Positions 16,084-23,015 of a DNA stretch of 32,000 nt are shown piece by piece; positions within the stretch are counted from its first letter, which is position 1, and every line of letters begins with the position of its first letter. A model generated the notes under the pieces. It made no database searches, was not told the DNA's origin, and saw only the letters and a list, made by a program, of their open reading frames with translations. Position numbers and translations under genes: made by a program. The stretch comes from Pyrodictium abyssi. Lineage in GTDB: Archaea > Thermoproteota > Thermoprotei_A > Sulfolobales > Pyrodictiaceae. The DNA lies in assembly GCF_036323395.1 (NCBI RefSeq), contig NZ_AP028907.1:750001-782000 (forward strand). The letters are read 5' to 3'.

Positions 16084-16557
16084 CTAGGCCTCGATCTCTA
16101 GCTCTATCGCCTGGCCGCTGCTGGTTGGCTGGTGTACGGGGAGGAGGCCTCGGCGCTCGAGGAACTCTATGACTGCTTTGCGTATCACATCGCTGCGGTG
16201 CGGCCAGCCCAGGAGGACTCTGGCGTCGTCGATGCGCTGCAGCAGCCCCTCGCCGAGCTTCACCGTCACCACGCGGAGCGGGCCGCGGCCCGGAGCCGGG
16301 ACGGGCTCCCTCACGCCCACCGGGGGGCGGCGGAACACCGGCAGCGGCTCCTCGTCGACGAGGAGCCGGTAGACCCGGGTCCCGTCCCGCTCCAGCACGG
16401 CGAGCCCCCGCTCCGCCATCTCGGCCAGGAGCTGGCCGGCCCTCCAAGCCGGCAGCCCCATCAGCCGCGCCAACAGCCGCGCGTTGACGTACCGCAGCCC
16501 GAGACGCGCAAGCAGCCGCGCCAGCTCCTCCAGGCCCAGGCACACCCGGCTAGCCAT
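16084..16557 (-). CDS. transcription regulator, winged-helix N-domain plus ribbon-helix-helix C-domain
   Basis: The wHTH-like part is LARLMGLPAWRAGQLLAEMAERGLAVLERDGTRVYRL. The RHH (CopG/Arc-like) part is RVVTVKLGEGLLQRIDDARVLLGWPHRSDVIRKAVIEFLERRG. Confidence 0.6.
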   Translation of the reverse strand: MASRVCLGLEELARLLARLGLRYVNARLLARLMGLPAWRAGQLLAEMAERGLAVLERDGTRVYRLLVDEEPLPVFRRPPVGVREPVPAPGRGPLRVVTVKLGEGLLQRIDDARVLLGWPHRSDVIRKAVIEFLERRGLLPVHQPTSSGQAIELEIEA

Positions 16558-16837
16558 GCACCGCCACCTCCGGCCGCGGCCTGGAGAGTAGTATCGGCCG
16601 CTGTGCCTCCAGCTCCCGCTTGAGCAGCTCGATCCTCGCCGCGACCAGCTCCCGGTCAGCGACGGTGTCCACGTCGTCGAGCTGCGGCCTGCCTAGGCGG
16701 TGGCCGCAGCGGGGGCATAGGCCGCCGAACCACGACGCTATCTCTGAGGGCGTCGGCAGCCCGTAGCTGCTCTGCCCCATCCTCCAGTGCACGTACAGCA
16801 CATAGCCGCACTCCCTGCAGCGGTAGACGACTACCAT
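16550..16837 (-). CDS. zinc-ribbon protein
   Basis: Start trimmed to MVVVYRCRECGYVLYV...LCPRCGHRL (CxxC...CxxC). ATG at 16837 overlaps the upstream stop (ATGGTAG). The longer track N-terminus is an R/G/A-rich alternative frame. Confidence 0.5.
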   Translation of the reverse strand: MVVVYRCRECGYVLYVHWRMGQSSYGLPTPSEIASWFGGLCPRCGHRLGRPQLDDVDTVADRELVAARIELLKRELEAQRPILLSRPRPEVAVHG

Positions 16838-17058
16838 GCGCAGACCCCCTCCTCGGTCTCCCTTAGCACACCCTCGACGATCAGCTCGAAGACGAGCTTG
16901 CGGAGCCGCTTCTCGCCGACAGGCATCCCCATCCTCCGCAGCTCCCTGTGCAGCTCCCTCCGGGTCATGCAGCGGCGCTGCAGGATGCCGGTTATGGCCT
17001 TGATCAGCTCCTGGTCGCTGGGCGTGGGCACCAGCACCAGCAGAGGCTCGGCCTCCAC
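16831..17058 (-). CDS. small winged-helix DNA-binding protein
   Basis: 75 aa: ELIKAITGILQRRCMTRRELHRELRRMGMPVGEKRLRKLVFELIVEGVLRE. Confidence 0.5.
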   Translation of the reverse strand: MEAEPLLVLVPTPSDQELIKAITGILQRRCMTRRELHRELRRMGMPVGEKRLRKLVFELIVEGVLRETEEGVCAW

Positions 17059-17069
17059 TACGTCCCACC

Positions 17070-17339
17070 TCAGCTAGGTCCCACCCAGTCGCTCGGCAGG
17101 CGGACGACGCGCACGCCGTTCCCGTTGCCTATGCTGCGCCACTGCCGGAGAAGCCCGGCAGCCATGACCGACTCGCAGCGCCTCGTGCCGAACAGCTCCT
17201 CCTGCACCAGCCTCTTGACAGCCTCCCTCACAGCGTCGCTCCTATGCTTGAACACCCCGCGCCTCACAAGCTCGTCGAGAGCCTCAGCAAGCATCCCCGG
17301 GATCTTGACGACCACCAGCGTACCGCTCACCACGGTCAC
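17070..17339 (-). CDS. ribbon-helix-helix (CopG-like) protein (start uncertain; GTG candidates at 17339, 17333 or 17330)
   Basis: TLVVVKIPGMLAEALDELVRRGVFKHRSDAVREAVKRLVQEEL shows the strand-helix-helix pattern. The N-terminal half of the 176-aa track ORF overlaps the 17336-17590 gene and looks spurious. Confidence 0.55.
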   Translation of the reverse strand: MTVVSGTLVVVKIPGMLAEALDELVRRGVFKHRSDAVREAVKRLVQEELFGTRRCESVMAAGLLRQWRSIGNGNGVRVVRLPSDWVGPS

Positions 17340-17590
17340 CCCCTGCCTAGGTACTCGAGGATGCTCTTCGTGGACGGTGTGATGGCCCTGGGCTTGTACC
17401 GGTAGCACTTGCCCGTGTAGTAGGTCACCGGCCTCCCGTAGGCCGTGCACCATCCTAGGACGCTGTGGCCGACGCGCTCGCCACGCTCTTGGCGCCACTG
17501 GAGCCACTTCTCCGCCTTGATGATCTGCTCCTCGGAGAGCTGGCTCGCCGGGACGAAGTATTCGCACTTCCTGCAGTCCGCCAGCACCAT
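17336..17590 (-). CDS. small Cys-rich (zinc-finger-like) protein
   Basis: 84 aa with CRKCEYF...GWCTAYG...GKCYRYK. Confidence 0.5.
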   Translation of the reverse strand: MVLADCRKCEYFVPASQLSEEQIIKAEKWLQWRQERGERVGHSVLGWCTAYGRPVTYYTGKCYRYKPRAITPSTKSILEYLGRG

Positions 17591-17601
17591 GGCGGCTCAC
17601 C

Positions 17602-17889
17602 CTAGTCGTAGTAGATGACGCCCTCCTCCCGCGCCATGATGCTGTAGACTAGGCGCTCGCTGGCGCCCTCCGGCATGTGCAGGATCTTCTTGCTCCTGCC
17701 CCGGCGGCCGGCGACTACGCGGACCACGGCGTACTTGGCCTTGTTTACGCAGATCTCCCTCGGCTGCTCCTCGCCCTGTATGGTATCCTTCACGATGCCC
17801 GCCGACACGTCCACGATGTAGTATACCGTGCCGCCGCAGCCGCGCCTACCCACACACTCGTTCTCAAAGCAGAAGTACCTATCACCCAT
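17602..17889 (-). CDS. hypothetical protein
   Basis: 95-aa track ORF with balanced composition, in the same operon. Confidence 0.45.
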   Translation of the reverse strand: MGDRYFCFENECVGRRGCGGTVYYIVDVSAGIVKDTIQGEEQPREICVNKAKYAVVRVVAGRRGRSKKILHMPEGASERLVYSIMAREEGVIYYD

Positions 17890-17905
17890 GGCTGCGCCGC
17901 CCCCT

Positions 17906-18178
17906 CTAGCCTAGGACTAGCTGCCGGGCCGGCTCCTCGTGGCGCATGTGCGGCTCCAGGGCCTCGACGCGGCAGTCCTTGGCGCCGCGGGACTGCAGGA
18001 AGTTCTCGAACGCCGCCGCCACCTCCCGGCAGCTCCGCTCCACCCGGGGCAGCCAGCCCCAGACCACGTCCTCGAGGGCGAAGGCCTCGGCGAGGCTCCG
18101 GACCACGGCAGAGCGCAGGCAGCAGCCGCTGACCCGGAGCCGGCAGCCGGCGACCTCGACCACGATCATGGCTGCCAC
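17906..18178 (-). CDS. hypothetical protein
   Basis: 90-aa track ORF. The competing overlapping ORFs are R/P/G-rich. Confidence 0.4.
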   Translation of the reverse strand: MAAMIVVEVAGCRLRVSGCCLRSAVVRSLAEAFALEDVVWGWLPRVERSCREVAAAFENFLQSRGAKDCRVEALEPHMRHEEPARQLVLG

Positions 18179-18348
18179 CTCTTGATCTCATCTACGATTT
18201 CGCGCCCAATCCTCTCCATTAGCTCCGTTAGCTTCTCGACCGCGACCGTCTCGTCCTCCATGACCCAGACGTCGTCCCTCAGCACCACTACATGCGCTTC
18301 GCCTTCGTAGATCTCGATCTCGATTTCATACTTCACCAAGTGAACCAC
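18166..18348 (-). CDS. hypothetical acidic protein
   Basis: 60-aa track ORF: MVHLVKYEIEIEIYEGEAHVVVLRDD... Confidence 0.4.
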   Translation of the reverse strand: MVHLVKYEIEIEIYEGEAHVVVLRDDVWVMEDETVAVEKLTELMERIGREIVDEIKRWQP

Positions 18349-18350
18349 CC

Positions 18351-18899
18351 CTAGGCCGTCGCCTTGGCGGTCTTTGGTGGGAGTGCGCTGGGCAGCTCGG
18401 GGAACCAGTCCTTCATGCGCTGCTCCGCCGCCTTGGCCGCCTCCATTAGCAGCTCCATCGCCTTCTTGCCGAAGTCGCCCAGCTCTATGCCGGCCACATG
18501 CTCCTCGAGCATGTCGCGGACCTCGTCTAGGGCTAGGAGCAGCTCGGGGTCGCCGACCACCGTGAGGTGCCTGCGGATCTCCGCCAGCAGGGCCGCGGCC
18601 GGCGCCAGGCCTAGCCTCTGGTCGCCCCCGTTCACCCAGAGCAGCGTCTCCAGCCGCAGCACGACCCGCTCGAGAGCGTACCTGGCTGCCAGGAGGGCCT
18701 TACACCACCTTCGTAGCTCGGCTATCTCCGCCGCGATGCCCGCCATACGGATGCTGTCGCGCTCCTCGAACGCCTCCATGTAGCGGTCGAACAGCACCTC
18801 ATCCCGATGCTGGATCCTTTCCACTATGCTGTCTATCCTGTTGATCTGGACGCGTAGCCTGTAGATAGCCATGGCTAGACTACGACCAGCCGGCACCAC
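18351..18899 (-). CDS. ESCRT-III (CdvB/Snf7)-like protein (alternative ATG start at 18872)
   Basis: The layout matches what I recall of archaeal CdvB proteins. There is an N-terminal helical hairpin: YRLRVQINRIDSIVERIQHRDEVLFDRYMEAFEERDSIRMAGIAAEIAELRRWCKALLAARYALERVVLRLETL. This is followed by ...DPELLLALDEVRDMLEE... and LLMEAAKAAEQRMKDWFPELP. This is a motif-level call made without an HMM search. Confidence 0.6.
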   Translation of the reverse strand: MVPAGRSLAMAIYRLRVQINRIDSIVERIQHRDEVLFDRYMEAFEERDSIRMAGIAAEIAELRRWCKALLAARYALERVVLRLETLLWVNGGDQRLGLAPAAALLAEIRRHLTVVGDPELLLALDEVRDMLEEHVAGIELGDFGKKAMELLMEAAKAAEQRMKDWFPELPSALPPKTAKATA

Positions 18900-18901
18900 G
18901 C

Positions 18902-19150
18902 CTAGGCCACCTCCTCCTCCTTGCCGTCGTCACCCTCGTCGTCCTCGGAGACCCGCACCGCGAGCACGATGTCGTAGACGCCGCTGCCCAGCCTCACGCC
19001 GCGCCACGCCATACTGGTCTCGGCCGCGTCCAGCCTCAGAAGCAGGGCCACCAGAGCCTCCGCGACCTCCCGCACCGTAGCATCCACGCCATCCCGCCTA
19101 CCGGACTCCTCGGGCCGCGGCCACACCTTCACGAAGTCGCGAGCCTCCAT
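18902..19150 (-). CDS. hypothetical protein with acidic tail
   Basis: 82-aa track ORF ending SEDDEGDDGKEEEVA. Confidence 0.45.
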   Translation of the reverse strand: MEARDFVKVWPRPEESGRRDGVDATVREVAEALVALLLRLDAAETSMAWRGVRLGSGVYDIVLAVRVSEDDEGDDGKEEEVA

Positions 19151-19181
19151 CGCCTATCACCCCGCCACAGCCACAGGAACA

Positions 19182-19601
19182 TCACCTCTCCCTGGTCATC
19201 CTCCTGGTCATTGCGCGTAGCTTCTTGCGAAGCTCGCGGATCTCCCGCAGGTTCTGCTCTATCCGCGCGTCTGCAACCACTATCCTAAGGTGGCGGGCGC
19301 ACTCGCGGAGCCTCCCGGTGAACATGCGGGGTACGCCGTCCTCCTCGAGCCTGCCGGCTAGCCGCTCCAGCCTAGCCGCCAGCTCCTCGTACTCCGCCGG
19401 ACGGGCAGACTCCACCTCGCGGCGCAGCCTGCGCAGAACCCCCGCATACTCGGGGCCCATGTCGCGCTCAAGCCTAGCCAGAGTATCCAGGACGTACACG
19501 ACACGCCAACCCCGAGCCACACCAACCACCCCCGACACGCCTGGGCTTCCCTCGGGGCCCCCGGGGCCGGGGCCCCAGGGACGCGTTGTTTCTAGAAACA
19601 T
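19182..19601 (-). CDS. coiled-coil protein, first gene of the leftward operon (start uncertain)
   Basis: 139-aa track ORF. The annotated ATG lies inside the operator palindrome, so a downstream GTG start or a leaderless mRNA are both possible. The C-terminal part is helical and charged (LRRLRREVESARPAEYEELAARLERLAGRLEE...). Confidence 0.45.
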   Translation of the reverse strand: MFLETTRPWGPGPGGPEGSPGVSGVVGVARGWRVVYVLDTLARLERDMGPEYAGVLRRLRREVESARPAEYEELAARLERLAGRLEEDGVPRMFTGRLRECARHLRIVVADARIEQNLREIRELRKKLRAMTRRMTRER

Positions 19602-19623
19602 ATTTATGTGTTTCTAGAAACAT
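19587..19623. promoter_or_regulatory. bidirectional promoter/operator: two copies of the 14-bp palindrome TGTTTCTAGAAACA flanking an AT-rich TATA-like box
   Basis: TGTTTCTAGAAACAT occurs at 19587-19601 and 19609-19623, 22 bp centre to centre, with ATTTATG between them. The region lies between the divergent gene starts at 19601 (minus) and 19645 (plus). Confidence 0.55.
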
Positions 19624-19644
19624 CCCGGGAGTGGGTGCCTGGGT

Positions 19645-20661
19645 GTGCGGAGGTTCCGTGTCGAGCTGCCGGAGGGCTGCATGTTTGAGGCGACCGGGGT
19701 TGTTTGCAATGATCCTAGGGCCGCCGAGTCCTTCGTGAGGAGCGCACTGTGGGCCGCGGGGCTCGCGGGGATTGATGCCGAGCTTTGCTCTGGCCGCGGC
19801 CGTGACGTGCCGGAGGCCGCCCTAGACCCAGAGCTGGCCAAGCGGATCCTGGAGAAGGTGGCCCATCTCGAGGACGAGAACGCCAAGCTGAGAGCAGAAC
19901 TAGAGACCTGGCGCGAGGTCGGGAGCAAGGTTCTCTCCAGGATCGAGGAGGCCTTGAGGGAGACGGAACTCGCAGAGGAGGCGGGGGAGCTGGCCCGGGA
20001 GCTGGCGCGGCTCCGAGAGGCCTTGGCCCGCGCCCTCTCCTCCCTGGCCGCGGCCGGGGAGGAGATAGAGAAGTGGCGCAGCGCCTGGCTCTGCTACTAC
20101 GTGACACCGCACGAGGAGCCCCTGGCGTTCAAGAGAGAGTACCCGGATGGGCTGCCGAGGCTCGCCAGGGAGAGGCACAAGGAGCTTGCCCGGAGGGTGA
20201 AGGTTCTCCGGGAGCGCTGGTACCGGGAGCTGTGGGGGCTTCCCCTTGTACGCCTCGGCAAGGTCTACATAGCGTTTAGCGAGGCCGCGGCCCGGAGCTT
20301 CATCCGCAAATACGGCGAGATCTTCGAGCCGATAGTCAAGCAGCTCCGCGGCCTGGGCTACAGGACACAGGCAGCCTGCGAGTGTATACCGATACGCATG
20401 CTCCCCGAGCAGGCAGTAGAGTTCCTCCGGAAGGAGATCGAGGAGACTAGGAGGGAGCTGGCGCTCGCGGAGGCGAAGGTGCTAGAGCATAAGGCCGCGG
20501 CCAGAGGAAGCGCGCTACAACACCAGCTCGACAAGATACGCCGGTTGAGGAAGAGGCTCCAGCAGCTCGAGAGCCTGCTACGCCAGCTACAGCGCAGCCA
20601 GCCCAGCGGGGCCCGAAAGCTTCCGGTACTGGCCGCGGCCAGGGGTGAACCGAGGGCTTAA
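19645..20661 (+). CDS. large coiled-coil protein
   Basis: 338-aa track ORF with a GTG start and long E/A/R/L-rich helices. It carries five exact GGCCGCGGCC copies in-frame. Confidence 0.6.
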   Translation: MRRFRVELPEGCMFEATGVVCNDPRAAESFVRSALWAAGLAGIDAELCSGRGRDVPEAALDPELAKRILEKVAHLEDENAKLRAELETWREVGSKVLSRIEEALRETELAEEAGELARELARLREALARALSSLAAAGEEIEKWRSAWLCYYVTPHEEPLAFKREYPDGLPRLARERHKELARRVKVLRERWYRELWGLPLVRLGKVYIAFSEAAARSFIRKYGEIFEPIVKQLRGLGYRTQAACECIPIRMLPEQAVEFLRKEIEETRRELALAEAKVLEHKAAARGSALQHQLDKIRRLRKRLQQLESLLRQLQRSQPSGARKLPVLAAARGEPRA

Positions 20662-20694
20662 GAAGTAATCCCTGTCAGGAGATAGGATGGGGCC

Positions 20695-20877
20695 ATGCCG
20701 GGGCGGGTGTTCGAGTATAGCACGGGGGAGCCTCTGGATCCCAAGCGGCTACTGGAGATGGTGGATGCTGGCATAAGCCCGAGCGCTGTCGAGGCGCTGA
20801 CCGAGACGATGGAGGTGCTGGACTACCTGGCCGAGGCCGAGAACCTCCGCATCTGGATCCGGGTTGAGAAGCAATGA
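20695..20877 (+). CDS. hypothetical small protein
   Basis: 60-aa track ORF whose stop overlaps the next start (ATGA). Confidence 0.4.
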   Translation: MPGRVFEYSTGEPLDPKRLLEMVDAGISPSAVEALTETMEVLDYLAEAENLRIWIRVEKQ

Positions 20878-21503
20878 CATACGACCGGCAGGAGAAGAAG
20901 AGCAAAGCGCTACAGGCGCAGAACCAGGTCCACGTAACCATAGCCAGGCTTCTCCGCCACACCAAGGAGAGAGTGTACCCGCTGCTCCGGTACCAGTTCC
21001 ATAGGACGGACGATGAGCGCGTAGGAGTCTGGACGGTGGATCTCCCGGACGGGAAGAACATTACGCTGGCCACGTACGCGACGACTGAGGCGTCTAGGCC
21101 GCTCACATGGCGGCGTATAGTGCAGAAGCTGAAGAGGATGCGTAAGCATGTAGCCAAGCACGCCCCGCCGGGGGCCGACGTCTTCCTCTTCATTCTACGG
21201 GCCGAGGAGGGGGTCCGCGCTACTCTCCCGGCCTACCGTAGGCTTGCAGAGGAGCACATCAAGATAGTCTCGCCGGGCGAGGTAGTCGAGATCCTAGTAG
21301 AATACATACTGAAGCGCGTCAAGGGCTTTGTTAGGAAGGCTAAGGAGAAGAGATTCGTATACTTCGGGGATGTAGCCGACCTAATACGCGTACTCTTCCT
21401 GGTCCTCGCCGCGCTAGCCCCTCCCAGTGTGCTTAACCATGCTTCCCTATGCCGCGAAGTCGCCTCCGTGACGCAGTCCAGGCGCGTCTCACTACCCTGT
21501 TGA
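20874..21503 (+). CDS. hypothetical protein
   Basis: 209-aa track ORF with balanced, lysine-containing composition. Confidence 0.55.
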   Translation: MTYDRQEKKSKALQAQNQVHVTIARLLRHTKERVYPLLRYQFHRTDDERVGVWTVDLPDGKNITLATYATTEASRPLTWRRIVQKLKRMRKHVAKHAPPGADVFLFILRAEEGVRATLPAYRRLAEEHIKIVSPGEVVEILVEYILKRVKGFVRKAKEKRFVYFGDVADLIRVLFLVLAALAPPSVLNHASLCREVASVTQSRRVSLPC

Positions 21504-21688
21504 TCATCCCGGTTCTAGACGCAGCCGGGAGTATGCACCCACTCCTGCTCATTTTCAATTCTTATACCAGGCCGCGGCCCGGTCTCCTTAACAGCCAGCC
21601 TAACGTATTCTCTAGCAAACTATAGGATTCACTGCAGCCGAAGACTTCTGGCTCAGGCCGCGGCCAGAGGCTATATCTAGCCTCTAGT

Positions 21689-21708
21689 CCCCAGGCCGCG
21701 GCCTGGGG
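21689..21708. repeat. 20-bp perfect palindrome CCCCAGGCCGCGGCCTGGGG (identical to 3212-3231), intergenic
   Basis: Read directly from the sequence. Confidence 0.9.
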
Positions 21709-22233
21709 CGGGTGGTTGCAGCACCCACACCTTCGCATGCTCTGAAGGCAGACTATGACAGGTTCGCATTACGGCAGGGTAAACTGATACACGTAGGTTC
21801 AACCAGACCAGAACCTATGCAGTATACGACCCAGCAGTTAGCCCCGGGCCCTTCTGGATTCGAATGAAAGCTGAGCCTCATCGCCTGCCTGCAGGCTAAT
21901 CAGCAGCTCGGAGTCCATCGATCCTATAGAATATAATTATAGAATTTTCTTTCTCTCATAAGCATCTTAGTATGTAGCATTGCGCTGGAGATGTTCTTTC
22001 CCGGGATTCTTTCCCGGCAGCTCCTCTTCCCGCCTCTTCTGCCTGGGCCGCGGCCCGGAGGCGTGGTTGTGAAGAGGTATTACAGCCATATAGGGCTGTG
22101 TGGCGTATGCGGCTACAGGGGGTGAACGGGACGTGGCGGTTGCGGAGGCTTCTGGGCCACAGGCCCTTGCTAGGAGCCTGGCTGAGGCGCTGGACCGGGC
22201 GCTGCCCTGGAGAGAGCCCAGGAGTACTTCGAG

Positions 22234-22647
22234 GTGCTGAGAACCTACCTCGAGAGGAGCGTAGCACTACTAGCCGAGGACTATAAGAAGTATGCCCGGA
22301 TATACTGGGAGACGTTACCCGACTACGTGAAAGCACTAGCCGAGGGCGTCTACCTCTACATATCGAGAACCGCCCTAGACAGTAAGGCTCCCTTTGTCGT
22401 AGAGTATGACGTGCTAAGGGAGTTCATTGAAATGGCTGCTGAGGGCAAGTACTCCAGGCCCAGGGATATACACAGCATAATCAAGAGAAGAATCAGCGAT
22501 CTTGTCCGCCCAGACTCCTACGGCAGAACCCTTGAAGAGATAGGCATAGCGGTTACAGTGGACTCCGGGGGCAAGATAAAGATAAGCGTGGAACCAGATG
22601 TGCTGCTCCGCTTTATGAACAATGTGGACCTCGGCGATATAGGCTAG
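22234..22647 (+). CDS. hypothetical protein
   Basis: 137-aa track ORF with a GTG start and visibly lower GC than its neighbours. No motif recognised. Confidence 0.5.
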   Translation: MLRTYLERSVALLAEDYKKYARIYWETLPDYVKALAEGVYLYISRTALDSKAPFVVEYDVLREFIEMAAEGKYSRPRDIHSIIKRRISDLVRPDSYGRTLEEIGIAVTVDSGGKIKISVEPDVLLRFMNNVDLGDIG

Positions 22648-22703
22648 GTGCTGCTCACGTTTCCCTCCGAAGATGTCGCTCTCCCATGTTCTGCTGCCTG
22701 AAT

Positions 22704-22741
22704 GCGACCTGCATGCGACTCTATAGCGACCGAAAGGCGAC
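22704..22741 (+). repeat. iteron array, four GCGAC(C/T) units spaced exactly 11 bp apart
   Basis: GCGAC occurs at 22704, 22715, 22726 and 22737. 22704-22720 is the exact reverse complement of 22967-22983. Confidence 0.7.
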
Positions 22742-22934
22742 CTAGGAATTGAACATGATTTGTAGGCTGCGAGGGAATGATTCAGCACCTTCAGAGCGGA
22801 ATTCCCGCGCGACCTGTCCCCCTGTACAGACTCTCTCCCGCGCGGGGACCCACACAGACCCGTCTGGAGCGAATTCCATCCCATACTACAGATTACATGA
22901 AAGCTATTCTCTCCGAAGGTGTAGAATCTGATGA

Positions 22935-22983
22935 GTCGCTATCAGGTCGCTATGAGGTCGCGTTTCAGTCGCATGCAGGTCGC
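22935..22983 (-). repeat. iteron array in inverted orientation, five (A/G)GTCGC units spaced exactly 11 bp apart
   Basis: GTCGC occurs at 22935, 22946, 22957, 22968 and 22979. Confidence 0.7.
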
Positions 22984-23015
22984 GCTTATATAGGGGTGGT
23001 TCGCAACCCGAGTCA

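Noticed and set aside
15572-16543. 323-aa track ORF read as one large protein.
   Set aside because: Its N-terminal ~160 residues are almost only R/A/P/G. They are the alternative frame of the well-formed wHTH-RHH gene at 16084-16557. Only the part downstream of 16069 has protein-like composition.
16550-17600. Long N-terminal extensions of track ORFs 16550-17068 and 17070-17600.
   Set aside because: The extensions are R/G/A/P-rich and fully overlap better ORFs in another frame (16831-17058 and 17336-17590). Both were trimmed to internal starts that abut the upstream stops.
17677-18191. Overlapping ORFs 17677-18132 (+), 17790-18191 (-), 17939-18310 (+) and 17946-18185 (+).
   Set aside because: Their low-complexity P/R/G/A composition is typical of off-frame translation of GC-rich DNA. 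They conflict with the same-strand operon genes.
18351-19601. A complete element-borne Cdv system (CdvA plus ESCRT-III plus Vps4).
   Set aside because: Only the ESCRT-III-like ORF is recognisable. The neighbours lack PRC-barrel or AAA+ motifs. The only ATPase in the element (3413-4411) has a simple P-loop without Vps4-like features.
21956-22336. 126-aa minus-strand ORF in the repeat-rich intergenic region.
   Set aside because: Its S/R/P-rich composition is implausible, and it overlaps the start of the plus-strand gene at 22234. The region is treated as non-coding.
22704-22983. Miniature inverted-repeat transposable element (MITE) with 17-bp terminal inverted repeats.
   Set aside because: No target-site duplication is visible (flanks are TGAAT versus GCTTA) and there is no second copy in the window. 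The strict 11-bp phasing of nine units fits a protein-binding array better. It is kept as an alternative in the finding.
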